Virus record (IMG/VR): IMGVR_UViG_3300010998_001290
DNA from: a virus
Lineage: Duplodnaviria; Heunggongvirae; Uroviricota; Caudoviricetes
DNA length: 64,000 bases
Direction: 5' to 3' (one strand)
The notes under the pieces were generated by a model. That model did not search any database, was not told the DNA's origin, and saw only the letters and a list, made by a program, of their open reading frames with translations. The translations under genes were made by a program, and so were the position numbers. Shown piece after piece: positions 45,749-55,939 of the stretch. Positions within the stretch are counted from its first letter, which is position 1; every line of letters begins with the position of its first letter.

Positions 45749-46099
45749 ATGAACGGATTAGCAGAAGCGATGATAAAGAGAATAACGGAAGGTGCGCTGT
45801 CGGATATGGTTTCCATCATAAGTGACTACAAAAACAGCTTTATAACGGGAACCGATGGATTTGTCGTTCTTCCTTATGAAGAGAGTGCAAACATCAGGGC
45901 GGAAATCGTTATGCCCGAAGACGAATCGGCATACCTTAAGATTTCCTTCCGTAACAAGAAGGGCTGGGAGATATGCTGCAATGGCGACATTGAAAACAGT
46001 TCAGAGGTTATTATGAGAGCAGCTGACACACTCTGCAAGTTCTATGTAAGCGGTCATTTACAGACGGTTAAGCAGAAGAGCACAGTTTGCTGTGTGTGA
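45749..46099 (+). CDS. hypothetical protein
   Basis: GGAGG RBS 6 nt before ATG 45749. An imperfect TGTACA palindrome lies upstream. Confidence 0.55.
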   Translation: MNGLAEAMIKRITEGALSDMVSIISDYKNSFITGTDGFVVLPYEESANIRAEIVMPEDESAYLKISFRNKKGWEICCNGDIENSSEVIMRAADTLCKFYVSGHLQTVKQKSTVCCV

Positions 46100-46114
46100 A
46101 GGAGAGTGTAGATG

Positions 46115-46501
46115 ATGATATATAGCCATCGTGCAAAATCAACGGATACCGGCAAATGGGTATTCGGCGACCTTATACATCATAAGCGCGGAATGTACTT
46201 GTACAACAAGGATAAAGATTTCTTGGAAATCAAGTACGAAACGCTTGATAAGTATATAGGAAGCTATGACGATAATAAGCTCCCCATATTTGAGGAGGAT
46301 TTCGTCAAACTGACCTGCGTTAAGGGTAATCAGACAAGATATTTTATCGAAATGGTTATCTTTGATCCCGAAAACTGCCTTTACGTACCATTCTTCCTGA
46401 AGAATACGGTAGGACAGTGGGGCTGGAAGGTAAAGGAAATTGTCGTCATCGGCAATAAGCAGGACAATCCCGATATAAAAACCGGGTGGACTAACGGATA
46501 A
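46115..46501 (+). CDS. hypothetical protein
   Basis: GAAGGAGAG RBS. Confidence 0.55.
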   Translation: MIYSHRAKSTDTGKWVFGDLIHHKRGMYLYNKDKDFLEIKYETLDKYIGSYDDNKLPIFEEDFVKLTCVKGNQTRYFIEMVIFDPENCLYVPFFLKNTVGQWGWKVKEIVVIGNKQDNPDIKTGWTNG

Positions 46502-46515
46502 AGAAGGAGAAACGT

Positions 46516-47415
46516 ATGTACGAATTTAAAGACAAAGACGAATTTATCATCTGTGATGCATATTCTTATATACCGGAAATCACAGGCAAGCTCACAAGAG
46601 AGGGAGCGGCGCTTATCGAAGAGTTTAAGCGTAACGGAAAAGACTTTCAGGGAATTGACGTTCTTTTGCCTTCCGGTGAGGAGAAGTATGTGGAGATAAG
46701 AATCATACACACCTCGTATGAAGATTACGAAAAGGGAAAAAGAGTTGATGACCCTCCCTTTATTGATTATCGGTTCTGGGATGACAATGAGAAGGAAGTT
46801 TACAGCAATCACGATTTCGGACATCAGCTGATTGCGGCTAAGGACTTGGCGCAGCAGTTGTTCCTGAAGTATGTATTCGGAAAGGCTGAATATGTAGCTG
46901 AATATATGATACAGAACTCGATGAACCTTGTTGTTAAGAAGATCGCAGGAGATGACTGTGGCAAGCTTAAGAAAATCATAGAAAGTGATTTAAGCAAGAC
47001 AGCACTCAAAAAGTTTCTCATTCCAAACGGCACAAGAGTCTATTTGGAGGTGACAATCGAGGGAAAGAACGGGACCGAGGATTCTTATACTCAGACATAT
47101 CTCAGAAGAGGCGATACGCTGCACGAAGTTCTTGAAGACAAGACCATTGAAACGCCTGATATATATGGTATCGACATGTATATTGACAGCGGAACTGATT
47201 GCTCCGAGGTACACATTTCAGGAATAGACCTTGATGAGCTCAAAGAAAAGGTAAAGCCGGCGTTAGAGAACAACATCAAGGAGAACTTTCCCATCGCTGC
47301 GAAGAGTGGCGTGCCGTTCACTGTGAATATCACAATCACCAAGAGTGATGAGTACTTTGACTCTGACGAGTGTACTTTCAATATAATTGGAGGCAAGCTT
47401 GTCGGAGAGATATAA
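46516..47415 (+). CDS. hypothetical protein
   Basis: AAGGAG RBS. Confidence 0.55.
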   Translation: MYEFKDKDEFIICDAYSYIPEITGKLTREGAALIEEFKRNGKDFQGIDVLLPSGEEKYVEIRIIHTSYEDYEKGKRVDDPPFIDYRFWDDNEKEVYSNHDFGHQLIAAKDLAQQLFLKYVFGKAEYVAEYMIQNSMNLVVKKIAGDDCGKLKKIIESDLSKTALKKFLIPNGTRVYLEVTIEGKNGTEDSYTQTYLRRGDTLHEVLEDKTIETPDIYGIDMYIDSGTDCSEVHISGIDLDELKEKVKPALENNIKENFPIAAKSGVPFTVNITITKSDEYFDSDECTFNIIGGKLVGEI

Positions 47416-47441
47416 TTACAGTGCTGAAAGGAGGAAGTTTT

Positions 47442-47591
47442 ATGGATGGTAGGTTCGAAAGCTATGACGAGTTTTATGCTTATGTAGATGAGCTGGTAGC
47501 TGACGGGTACAGCGAAGAAGACGCGTACGAGATAGCTGAGAATGAGCTCGGCGCTATCGACCCTTTCAACAATGGAAACACTATCATTTAG
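47442..47591 (+). CDS. hypothetical small acidic protein, 49 aa
   Basis: AAAGGAGGAAG RBS before ATG 47442. Confidence 0.45.
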   Translation: MDGRFESYDEFYAYVDELVADGYSEEDAYEIAENELGAIDPFNNGNTII

Positions 47592-47602
47592 CAATGACAA
47601 GA

Positions 47603-47632
47603 AGGACGCTTCGGCGTCCTTTTTGTTTTTCT
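47603..47632 (+). terminator. intrinsic terminator (GGACGC-ttcg-GCGTCC family, repeated at 48191 and 43675)
   Basis: Perfect hairpin plus TTTTTGTTTTT. Confidence 0.75.
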
Positions 47633-47643
47633 TTCAGGTCTTT

Positions 47644-47678
47644 CATACTATATATGCGGTTCATTATGACGAATGGAG
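47644..47678 (+). promoter_or_regulatory. CATACTA plus GACGAATGGAG cassette
   Basis: After the terminator at 47603-47632. Confidence 0.6.
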
Positions 47679-47723
47679 TAATGAATGGCTATTATTATGC
47701 TATTATGAGGAGGATAGACTTTC

Positions 47724-48161
47724 ATGATTAAATTATCGGAAAGAAAACCGGTTGATCAGCGCTCAAAAGCCGAAAAGACATTGCTGGACTATTATTCTAA
47801 TTCCCAAAATGTCGATTTAAGCTTTTCGGACATAGGTTTTCCGGTCAAGACGGTTAAACCGGGGCAGATAGGTATGTATATAAACATCATGTATATGCCT
47901 GACCCGAATGATTATTCATCAATCGAAACGGCAGTTGACAACAAGCTGCGTGAGTATAGCTGTGTACAGGGGTATGTGGCACAGGAGGGCTATAAAGCCT
48001 ACATCTGTATTGCATATAGTGATGACCTTAAAACACTTGAACTCAACGAAAAGCGGATTGCCGAGAATGTAAGAAAGCTCTGTGGCTGTGGTTCTAAGGT
48101 GTATATTCTTACCAAGACCCGCGACGGCTTAAAGCTTGAAAAGCATACGGAAGCCGATTGA
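47724..48161 (+). CDS. hypothetical protein
   Basis: GAGGAGG RBS. Flanked by promoter and terminator cassettes on both sides. Confidence 0.6.
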   Translation: MIKLSERKPVDQRSKAEKTLLDYYSNSQNVDLSFSDIGFPVKTVKPGQIGMYINIMYMPDPNDYSSIETAVDNKLREYSCVQGYVAQEGYKAYICIAYSDDLKTLELNEKRIAENVRKLCGCGSKVYILTKTRDGLKLEKHTEAD

Positions 48162-48190
48162 TGCGAGCAAGCATATAATAGCTATTGAAA

Positions 48191-48221
48191 AGGGCGCTTC
48201 GGCGTCCTTTTTTGTTTTTCT
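48191..48221 (+). terminator. intrinsic terminator
   Basis: GGGCGC-ttcg-GCGTCC plus TTTTTTGTTTTT. Confidence 0.75.
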
Positions 48222-48232
48222 CTCCATTCAAT

Positions 48233-48268
48233 CATACTAACTATAGCATTATTTTCAGACGAATGGAG
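48233..48268 (+). promoter_or_regulatory. CATACTA plus GACGAATGGAG cassette
   Basis: After the terminator at 48191-48221. Confidence 0.6.
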
Positions 48269-48318
48269 TGATAATGAAATGCTGAAATTCTATTATATGT
48301 ATAGGAGGAGAATATGTG

Positions 48319-48633
48319 ATGCAGGATTTTAATAATGCAGACATGGACGGATTCGTCCTGTTTGGCAATTCTGCGTTGTTTACCGAGGAGCGAGTCAATC
48401 GAAACACTGTGCCAAAGAGCTTATACGCCTACGATATCGGCTCAGACGAGAATGATGACCCTACTATGGTAGCCAATTCAATAAGAGTAGATTTTCTTGG
48501 AACGGTATTTCTTAAGAAACCGCTCGAAGGAGATTTGACAAGAGGAAAGCAGCTTACAGAGGAAGATTGGTCTTTTGAAAGCTGGACAGAACAAATGATT
48601 AAGACGTTTATATCGTCTGCTAAGGTGGTGTGA
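48319..48633 (+). CDS. hypothetical protein
   Basis: GGAGGAG RBS 8 nt before ATG 48319. Confidence 0.55.
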   Translation: MQDFNNADMDGFVLFGNSALFTEERVNRNTVPKSLYAYDIGSDENDDPTMVANSIRVDFLGTVFLKKPLEGDLTRGKQLTEEDWSFESWTEQMIKTFISSAKVV

Positions 48634-48634
48634 T

Positions 48635-49339
48635 ATGGCATATCAAGTATTCAATGATGTTGTTTTTACGGGGAATGTTGACCTCATAAAAGCGGCTATT
48701 GGAGATGAACGAAATGCGATTGATTTTGAGAAGCTCATACCTATGCCGAAGGAACTTTCGGTTATAGAGAACGGACATGCGGCAGAGGCGGTCAGTGCAT
48801 ATCTATCCGCAGTCAATCCTGAAAACGAGGCTATTGTCTATGAGAAATACAGAATAAATGATTACAATGATCTGTACTACGAACTGAGTACATCATTTGT
48901 AGCACTCAGGGATGACCTTGAAAGCGTTGACTTCAGGAATGTACTGTTTGGCAAAAGGTATGCCCATAATGTCAGAAAATACGGGTTTATTACTTGGTAT
49001 GACTGGCGTATAGCTAAGTGGGGTACTGCAAAAGCTGCTTTCGAAGCTGCTTGGAACGGATCCACTCTGACCTTTTCAACTGCTGAAAACTGTTGTGAGC
49101 CTATCATTCAAAAGATCGCATTGATGTTTCCTGATGCCGAAATAAGATACAATTGGGTCTCTGAAGAACCCGGCGCTTTATACGGCGAAGCAACAATGAA
49201 AGGGAAGAAGATCAAGAGAAAAGAACTGCTCGGATACTCGAAAGAGGCGTTTGAGGCGTTCGCAAAGTATTTTGACGTAGACTTAGCCGATTACGGCTAT
49301 GTTTATGATATAAAGCGGGGAACATATATAATCCCGTAA
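48635..49339 (+). CDS. hypothetical protein
   Basis: Overlap coupling to the previous gene. Continuous 234-aa ORF. Confidence 0.55.
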   Translation: MAYQVFNDVVFTGNVDLIKAAIGDERNAIDFEKLIPMPKELSVIENGHAAEAVSAYLSAVNPENEAIVYEKYRINDYNDLYYELSTSFVALRDDLESVDFRNVLFGKRYAHNVRKYGFITWYDWRIAKWGTAKAAFEAAWNGSTLTFSTAENCCEPIIQKIALMFPDAEIRYNWVSEEPGALYGEATMKGKKIKRKELLGYSKEAFEAFAKYFDVDLADYGYVYDIKRGTYIIP

Positions 49340-49382
49340 AACAAAGGAAGGAGAGACAGCATAAAGCTGTCGGTTATGAGAA

Positions 49383-49607
49383 ATGAGCACAGAAGTAATC
49401 AACAAGATGACTTCAATTGTCAACAATATCGTTGACAACGAACGCAAGGCAGAGGGCGTTGCGGCAGATTCGTCTTTATTCAGACGCAATATGACCGCAT
49501 TCTTATGCGACCACTCGGCTATGAAGGAAAAGTTTGAGGCTGCCGGGCTTGATATGACCGATTGGGAAACCAATTATCGTCAGGCTCTTAGCTGCGTCTC
49601 ACTTTAA
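49383..49607 (+). CDS. hypothetical small protein; RBS weak
   Basis: ORF with codon usage like its neighbours. Start uncertain. Confidence 0.4.
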   Translation: MSTEVINKMTSIVNNIVDNERKAEGVAADSSLFRRNMTAFLCDHSAMKEKFEAAGLDMTDWETNYRQALSCVSL

Positions 49608-49667
49608 GCGGCACGGGGTACGTTCATCAACGAGCGTATCCCTTGTTTCTTATCAGGAGGTAAAATA

Positions 49668-50288
49668 ATGTCAAAAAGATGGACAAAGGCTGAGCTTGAT
49701 GCTATGAGCAACCGCGAGTTTCTTCTTGCATTCCTTGAGGAAGCACAGAAAGAGCGCACTTGGGGTTCACCTGTGGGCAAAAAGCTCGGAGAGGTTATCG
49801 AAGAGCTTACTAAGGACGAAATAAGTAACGGCGGCTTCGTTGCTTACAAGAGTTATGAAAATGACAGCGAATATGCCGGTATCAGTATCGACTACAAAGC
49901 GGCGGATGGTAATGTTATTCCTATAGCTACCGCTGAAAACACGCCTGAGGGTACACTTCAGGTAAGGATATATGAGGACGCTTATTGCGATGAGCCGACG
50001 CATATAGGTACTATAAACATGACCGACCCGGCTGACGTGGTCGTACACATCCCCGATGATGCTACCGCAATTCAGGTGACATATCCTGAATGTGGCGCGT
50101 GGGACACACGCTTGGAAAAAGCGATTCCGGGCGGTAAGCCTATAGAGTACAGAAAGGTAAATCCGGCGTGTCCGTTGGCTAAGTACGGTGACTGGTATAA
50201 TGCTGCTGATGGCACTTCTATACTTACAGAGGATATTGAAAAACTTGCATGTAAGATAGTTGTGCTTAAGTCTGAGGAAAACAAGTGA
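49668..50288 (+). CDS. hypothetical protein
   Basis: CAGGAGG RBS. Confidence 0.6.
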   Translation: MSKRWTKAELDAMSNREFLLAFLEEAQKERTWGSPVGKKLGEVIEELTKDEISNGGFVAYKSYENDSEYAGISIDYKAADGNVIPIATAENTPEGTLQVRIYEDAYCDEPTHIGTINMTDPADVVVHIPDDATAIQVTYPECGAWDTRLEKAIPGGKPIEYRKVNPACPLAKYGDWYNAADGTSILTEDIEKLACKIVVLKSEENK

Positions 50289-50318
50289 AATAACAAACAC
50301 AATAGGAGGAAAACATAT

Positions 50319-51413
50319 ATGAATATCAGTGAATTGTTATTTGCTGTAAAAGAAGAGGTTCGTTGCTGCCGCGATGGTAGTGGGGCAAAATATTTTGTGG
50401 GCGATACATTTTCTGAATATCGCTCATCGGCTCGTCCTAAAACAGCAGCGGCGAGGACAGCAAAAAGCAAACTTAACGCAGTTGCACTTCTCATGGACGC
50501 CATGCTTGTTGATAAGAAGATCTTTATCGGAACAATCAACGAAGGCGAGTACGGCTACGCTGAGTATCACGATAATGAAACTATTTTTGCAGCTATATGT
50601 GACGGCAATCAAATTGTATGGCTTAATCGCAATATTCCCAGCAACAGAGCGGCAAGACTTGCGCCGTTATTTGCATTTGCTCTTGGAGCTAACGCCGGAG
50701 ATAATCACACATATAAAGAGTTTTGTGGTGTTGTAAACTTCGCAAACATATTTGATAATAAATGTAGCGTAGCCCTTGTTACAATGCTTTGTGATGCTTT
50801 TTACTACGAATTTGTGAAATCAGCATTCGATGATATTCCCGAAGATGTCAAAATGACGAAAACGGAGTTTGATAGGATTGTAAAGAAGGGAAAGGTCTCA
50901 TATCTTCCTGATCTTTTGACAATAGGTATGCGCCCGACGTATATCAATGTTGATAAAGATGCACCTATCAAAATTATGGGACTTAAGAGCTATACTATAC
51001 CTATGTATGGCAACAGCAGACTCATGCCCTACGGAACACTTGAGGTTGAAATGAACGGGAAGCGCTATTTCGTTGACATTAAGGAAGAAGGCGCAGAACA
51101 GTATGTTACTGTAAATCGCAAGAGATATTATATCATCAACATCGGCGGGCATCACAATCCGAATTTCATCTTAAAGGACGACTATGAAGAGATGAAAAAG
51201 GCTGTAGCTAAAGCAAAAAGAGTGATGTATGAAGCGATGAAAGAGGCATTTAAAAAGTGCGGCGTAAATGTCGATGATTATGCGGCTAAGATAAACCGCG
51301 TTATTAACAATTGTCTCAACAAACGCGAAAAAGAGCTTGATTCCAGCAACTTGGACGAAAAATATCTGAAGCAAATAGCTGCTGAGGAGCTGCTTAACAG
51401 TCTCTCTGACTAA
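50319..51413 (+). CDS. hypothetical protein
   Basis: TAGGAGGAAAA RBS. Confidence 0.6.
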   Translation: MNISELLFAVKEEVRCCRDGSGAKYFVGDTFSEYRSSARPKTAAARTAKSKLNAVALLMDAMLVDKKIFIGTINEGEYGYAEYHDNETIFAAICDGNQIVWLNRNIPSNRAARLAPLFAFALGANAGDNHTYKEFCGVVNFANIFDNKCSVALVTMLCDAFYYEFVKSAFDDIPEDVKMTKTEFDRIVKKGKVSYLPDLLTIGMRPTYINVDKDAPIKIMGLKSYTIPMYGNSRLMPYGTLEVEMNGKRYFVDIKEEGAEQYVTVNRKRYYIINIGGHHNPNFILKDDYEEMKKAVAKAKRVMYEAMKEAFKKCGVNVDDYAAKINRVINNCLNKREKELDSSNLDEKYLKQIAAEELLNSLSD

Positions 51414-51423
51414 GAGGTATAGT

Positions 51424-51804
51424 ATGTCATTAATGAGAAGATGTGGAAGTAAGCCAATGAAATCTTATTGGTTTACTGTCAAGCACAGAGGAGAATTTAC
51501 AGAAGTAGTTAAAGCTGAAGGAGAGAATTTCCCTGAAGCTCAATACAATGCGGCTATGGGTGCTATGAGCAAGTATAACAGCTATAATGTTCAGGTCAAG
51601 AGATTTTTTGAGCCTGTTGATATGCTTGTCAGACTTAACCCTTGCCCGGAATGTGGAACTGAAGCTATACTTGTAATGAAGCATGTAAAGTCTCCAAATC
51701 CGAGCAGAATGCACTACTTTGTATGCTGCTGTAACTGTAAATACAGGAAAAATAATGAGTACAACAAGCCTGAAAAGGCTATTGCTGACTGGAATTCATA
51801 CTGA
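51424..51804 (+). CDS. hypothetical protein with a zinc ribbon
   Basis: AAGAGG RBS. 'CPECGTE...CCCNCKYRK'. Confidence 0.55.
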   Translation: MSLMRRCGSKPMKSYWFTVKHRGEFTEVVKAEGENFPEAQYNAAMGAMSKYNSYNVQVKRFFEPVDMLVRLNPCPECGTEAILVMKHVKSPNPSRMHYFVCCCNCKYRKNNEYNKPEKAIADWNSY

Positions 51805-51817
51805 AAGGAATAAAGAT

Positions 51818-52003
51818 ATGGCACTGATATGTAAAATCTGCGGTTATAAGCAGAGTGATGATGATACCGTAGAGTATTTCAAGAAGAAATTTTCCGGCAG
51901 GGAAGAGTACGATATACCGTACTACTGCGGTGCGTGTCTCAATAATATGTCGAATGATGAATATGACGCTGCAACAGACGAAATGTATGTTGTCAAGCAG
52001 TAA
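51818..52003 (+). CDS. small zinc-ribbon protein
   Basis: AAAGGAATAAAG RBS. 'CKICGYK...CGACLNN'. Confidence 0.5.
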   Translation: MALICKICGYKQSDDDTVEYFKKKFSGREEYDIPYYCGACLNNMSNDEYDAATDEMYVVKQ

Positions 52004-52023
52004 GAAGAAAGGAAGGAAATAAT

Positions 52024-52629
52024 ATGGGATGCTTTTCATGGTTAAAGGCGGTAGAATGCGCTGAATCAATCGAGGGTGAGTACAGGAATGTATATAGCGG
52101 CGCTCCCTTCAAGTGCTTGATACCTGAGAAATTCGGAGGAGGTTCAATCGTAGATAACAACTATCAACAGTACGGACGCATCGGCTATAAACCTGATGGC
52201 AGCCCGAAGTATGATATGTACGAGCTTCTTGCTATCTGGAATGCAGATACGCTTGTTGAAGATGGTGTAGTCACCTTTGATGGTGAGTTACATAAAGTTC
52301 CGGTCAAGTCTCTTCTTAAGGGTGTGGATTGGAACAATCCTCTCAAGGAGATAGATGAGAACACCGACCACAACAGAAGGCTCGGCATTGATATCGGCTG
52401 TTACGATGATCAGATAGACAGGCTCTTGTATCCGCTGAAGCTTGTTGATGTTGAATACTTCGGCGACTACGGAGACTGCGATGGCGTTTCATACGGAGAT
52501 CCCGATCAGGGGTTCTATCCGGTTCGTTGGGATGGCACTAATCCCGACGATGACGATGACGATGACTATTTCGACGAAGACGAAGACGATTATTTTGATG
52601 AATACGAGGAGGACGAAGAAGATGAGTAA
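52024..52629 (+). CDS. hypothetical protein with a poly-acidic C-terminal tail
   Basis: AAAGGAAGGAAA RBS. The C-terminus is 'DDDDDDDYFDEDEDDYFDEYEEDEEDE'. Confidence 0.55.
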   Translation: MGCFSWLKAVECAESIEGEYRNVYSGAPFKCLIPEKFGGGSIVDNNYQQYGRIGYKPDGSPKYDMYELLAIWNADTLVEDGVVTFDGELHKVPVKSLLKGVDWNNPLKEIDENTDHNRRLGIDIGCYDDQIDRLLYPLKLVDVEYFGDYGDCDGVSYGDPDQGFYPVRWDGTNPDDDDDDDYFDEDEDDYFDEYEEDEEDE

Positions 52630-52987
52630 AACAAACCTTAAAGCGCTTAAGGCGGCTATGCAGGAAGCGAAAGAACAGCTTATATCGGATATTGATGCAA
52701 TAGATTTCTCTATAGCAGGCGTGAAGCCTATATCCGACTCTCCGAGATGCTTTACGGTAAGCTTCAGCTCTATTGCGAGCAACAACTTCATTCTTTCGGC
52801 TGAGTACTATGATGTCAAGGCTCAGAAGCAGCATATTCTTGACATCGTAGACAGCAACAAGGATGTGTTTGCGACACTGGAGCAGCTTAAGGCTGTAAAT
52901 GATAAAAAGAAGTTCAAGGACGGCACTCCGATACATCCGGAGGTCGCCGCTGCTTTGAGTAGCTATCTCGTATCTGTCAATGTATAA
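52622..52987 (+). CDS. hypothetical protein
   Basis: Overlaps the previous stop. GGAGG RBS 10 nt upstream. Confidence 0.5.
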   Translation: MSKTNLKALKAAMQEAKEQLISDIDAIDFSIAGVKPISDSPRCFTVSFSSIASNNFILSAEYYDVKAQKQHILDIVDSNKDVFATLEQLKAVNDKKKFKDGTPIHPEVAAALSSYLVSVNV

Positions 52988-52997
52988 GGAGGACAAT

Positions 52998-53603
52998 ATG
53001 GAAAACAAAGAACTGAAGACGCTTGATGACGTTGTCGCTGAGTTTTACAGCGGTACTGATGAGACTGATGTTTCAAACGGCATATGGACAATCACCCCTG
53101 TCGCAGGAGAGGCTAAGTTATACCACAACGGCACGTATGAGTGTACTATACAGAAGTCTCCCGAAGGCGACTTTACTGTTGTACGTCATACACAACTGAG
53201 CTCGATACCGGCTATGGCTGTGAGAGCGCTGTGTGGAATGGCTCCGGATAAGAAGGTAATTCTTCTTGATGTTGAGAAGACATTCGACTCACCTCTCGAT
53301 GAAGCAAAGTACTATATCGACAGCTTTTGTGAAGCCGAATACGGCGGCAAAGCTGACTACAGCGACCTCAAAAACGTAGGTATAGCGTATACAACGCTTA
53401 CGGATGATGAACTTCCTGTTCAGATATCGGTAAATCTTATCGGATTTGAGGTTACTCATGAGTTCGATGGGGAAGTCTTTCTTACCGAAACATACGATAG
53501 CCTTGAGGACTTGATTGAGGATCAGCTTAAATGTCTGGACTTCAGCGATCTGGTCTATGTACCGGACGAAGTCCTTGAGAGGCACGGTATCAGCGTTGAA
53601 TAA
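52998..53603 (+). CDS. hypothetical protein
   Basis: AAGGAGG RBS before ATG 52998. Confidence 0.55.
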   Translation: MENKELKTLDDVVAEFYSGTDETDVSNGIWTITPVAGEAKLYHNGTYECTIQKSPEGDFTVVRHTQLSSIPAMAVRALCGMAPDKKVILLDVEKTFDSPLDEAKYYIDSFCEAEYGGKADYSDLKNVGIAYTTLTDDELPVQISVNLIGFEVTHEFDGEVFLTETYDSLEDLIEDQLKCLDFSDLVYVPDEVLERHGISVE

Positions 53604-53614
53604 GGAGAAACACT

Positions 53615-54463
53615 ATGTACATTTCAGATGAGATCAAGAACATTACCGTAACATTTACCGAATCGGTATATGTAAAGGAAATAAAGAAGAAGGTTCCCGC
53701 TAATACACCCATTTCCTTTAAGAGGTTGTTTTCCTCAGGAGCGTTTCCTTCAAATAAGTGGAGAAGTGAGGAATGCGGTGTGATGGATATGGATGACTTC
53801 GAGTCTTTGGGCGCTGTGATAACCCCCTCAGAGGAAGAAATCAGTATCAATGATCTTATATTCACAAGAACCGACTGTATACTTGACGGCGAATACCACA
53901 CAAGAGACCACGACTTTACATGGTATAAGGTAACTAATCAGAAAGAGCTTGATGTATTCAATTTCAATTTTGCGTACAAGAGCCCTTATACTGTTATTAG
54001 GTTTCCTGCGTTCTTTGCTGTTGATAATATGTGGAAAGTCATTCCTCTCACGGATTGCAACTCTGCTATAAAGGACTTCTACAGGGAGTTCGGAGTTAAA
54101 GTAAGCTTTGAAGAGAAGACTGAAATCAATGCCGATGCTCCTGCCTCAGTTTGCGAAATGGCAGGAAAAGAAGCTACTACAAAGGATTCGTTGCTTATCG
54201 AAGGACTTGATACGGCTCCTATGGACGGAGACACGCTCAATATAGACGACTCCACATTCAAGTGGTATAAGCTTCGTAACCAGAGGGAGTTGGATATATT
54301 CAATGCTTATATCGGCGGTATGATAAAGCTTAAGGACGAAGAGTTCCCTGCTTATTACTGCATAGTAAACGGGCTTGAAGACATGCCTATCTCTCTTACC
54401 GACTGCGAGAATGAAATCACAGATTTCTTTAAGCTATTCGGCAAAAAAGTAACAATAGAATAA
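53615..54463 (+). CDS. hypothetical protein with two repeated domains
   Basis: AAGGAG RBS. Repeated 'WYK..NQ.ELD.FN...FPA' and 'DC...I.DF...FG.KV' modules. Confidence 0.55.
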   Translation: MYISDEIKNITVTFTESVYVKEIKKKVPANTPISFKRLFSSGAFPSNKWRSEECGVMDMDDFESLGAVITPSEEEISINDLIFTRTDCILDGEYHTRDHDFTWYKVTNQKELDVFNFNFAYKSPYTVIRFPAFFAVDNMWKVIPLTDCNSAIKDFYREFGVKVSFEEKTEINADAPASVCEMAGKEATTKDSLLIEGLDTAPMDGDTLNIDDSTFKWYKLRNQRELDIFNAYIGGMIKLKDEEFPAYYCIVNGLEDMPISLTDCENEITDFFKLFGKKVTIE

Positions 54464-54520
54464 CAGCATAATGCAAAGGACGTCCTGCGTGGGCGTCTTT
54501 TGTTTTTCTGCGCTAAATTC

Positions 54521-54556
54521 CATACTAATAATAAGGTATATTATTGACGAACGGAG
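54521..54556 (+). promoter_or_regulatory. CATACTA plus GACGAACGGAG cassette
   Basis: After the terminator at 54477-54508. Confidence 0.6.
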
Positions 54557-54596
54557 AAATCTGAAATTGTTCGTTAACAGAAAGGAATGAATAGCG

Positions 54597-54830
54597 ATGA
54601 ATTATGAAGGCTATCTTGGCAAAACGATACTTATCAGGACCGATTACAGGGCGTACTATATACGCATCGACTATGTTTCTTCAGTTGATGGAAATATTGT
54701 CAGAGGCTATGCAGTTAACGACCTTAATCATCTTTATAAGTTTGAGTATGACTTCAGCAAAGAGACCGGCAAAGCACGATATGTAGCTCGCGGGGAATAT
54801 GTGAAGTCAGAAAGGAGCAATGAAGAATGA
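54597..54830 (+). CDS. hypothetical small protein
   Basis: AAAGGAATG RBS. First gene after a promoter cassette. Confidence 0.5.
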   Translation: MNYEGYLGKTILIRTDYRAYYIRIDYVSSVDGNIVRGYAVNDLNHLYKFEYDFSKETGKARYVARGEYVKSERSNEE

Positions 54831-55054
54831 CTAAACAGGAGAAGTATGACCTTGTTGATATGGTCGTCCGAGATTATATAGACGCTAAGAAGAAGTCTAT
54901 TGAATGGCAAATCAAAGACGCCGGCATCTCATTCAAGGCAGGAAAGATGGTAGGGGTACTTATGGCATTTGGATTAGAGTTGGAAGAGACTCAAAACCAG
55001 ATTAAAGTCTATTATCCCGACAAGAAGAGGCTTTTCTATGTAGCATCAAAATAA
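54827..55054 (+). CDS. hypothetical small protein
   Basis: ATGA coupling. Confidence 0.5.
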   Translation: MTKQEKYDLVDMVVRDYIDAKKKSIEWQIKDAGISFKAGKMVGVLMAFGLELEETQNQIKVYYPDKKRLFYVASK

Positions 55055-55065
55055 GGAAGAAGGCA

Positions 55066-55287
55066 ATGAACGTGAAGAATGATGAAAAAGGCTCTATATT
55101 ATGTACATACCTCTATACACCAAGTAATAGCATTACGGAAAATCTTGACAATGAGCGGAGAATGATCTGTGATTTGCAAGCGCTTGCCGAACAGTGGAAA
55201 GAGAAGGGGTACATAAGTCGGTATTCTATCATCGACGACGAGCTGATAAGCACAAAGCTGCTTAAGGAAGCGAAACAGGAGGTGTAG
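55066..55287 (+). CDS. hypothetical small protein
   Basis: AAGGAAGAAGG RBS. Confidence 0.5.
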   Translation: MNVKNDEKGSILCTYLYTPSNSITENLDNERRMICDLQALAEQWKEKGYISRYSIIDDELISTKLLKEAKQEV

Positions 55288-55289
55288 AT

Positions 55290-55586
55290 ATGTACACAAT
55301 TGAGGTCAAAGGCAAGTATGGTAGTGTAGACTACCTGTCTTGTACGGATGAAGAGAAAAGTACAGTCAATATGGATGATCTCAGGAAAGTTCATAAAGAA
55401 TGTGAAGGCGATGTCTACACTCTTCGGGCGTTTATGGAAGAAATAGACAACGGGATCGTCAGTTCATATGACGGAGTCGGCTACTTCCATGATGGAAAGC
55501 ATCGAACTAACGTGAAGGTCTGGAACAATGACCTGACATGGAATGATGTCAAGGATTATCCTTATGTATGCTGGTATAACAAGTGA
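55290..55586 (+). CDS. hypothetical protein
   Basis: Coupled to the previous gene. GGAGG RBS. Confidence 0.5.
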   Translation: MYTIEVKGKYGSVDYLSCTDEEKSTVNMDDLRKVHKECEGDVYTLRAFMEEIDNGIVSSYDGVGYFHDGKHRTNVKVWNNDLTWNDVKDYPYVCWYNK

Positions 55587-55600
55587 GAAAGGAAGAGAAA

Positions 55601-55927
55601 ATGGATAACAGATGTTTTTATTACGCACCGGACAGTGAATATTCAGGGAAGGATACTTACCGTATAGAGTGCCGCATAGTAATCTATCGTCAGAAATTCG
55701 GCAAACATCCTGATTTTCTGAAAGATTACGAGGGTAACAAACACGGCGAAGGGTACAACACTAAATTTTTCTTCCTTATTGAAGACGGCATACCGGATGA
55801 AGACACCGCTAAGACAAAGGTCGATAAGTATAATAAAGACTATGCAGACATTATTTCGAAGTGCGAGAACAGCGGTGAATGGGATGATTTCCCGTTCAAG
55901 TCCAGTATGATCACCTACTATAAATAA
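55601..55927 (+). CDS. hypothetical protein
   Basis: AAAGGAAGAG RBS before ATG 55601. Confidence 0.5.
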   Translation: MDNRCFYYAPDSEYSGKDTYRIECRIVIYRQKFGKHPDFLKDYEGNKHGEGYNTKFFFLIEDGIPDEDTAKTKVDKYNKDYADIISKCENSGEWDDFPFKSSMITYYK

Positions 55928-55939
55928 GGAGGCGTTCCA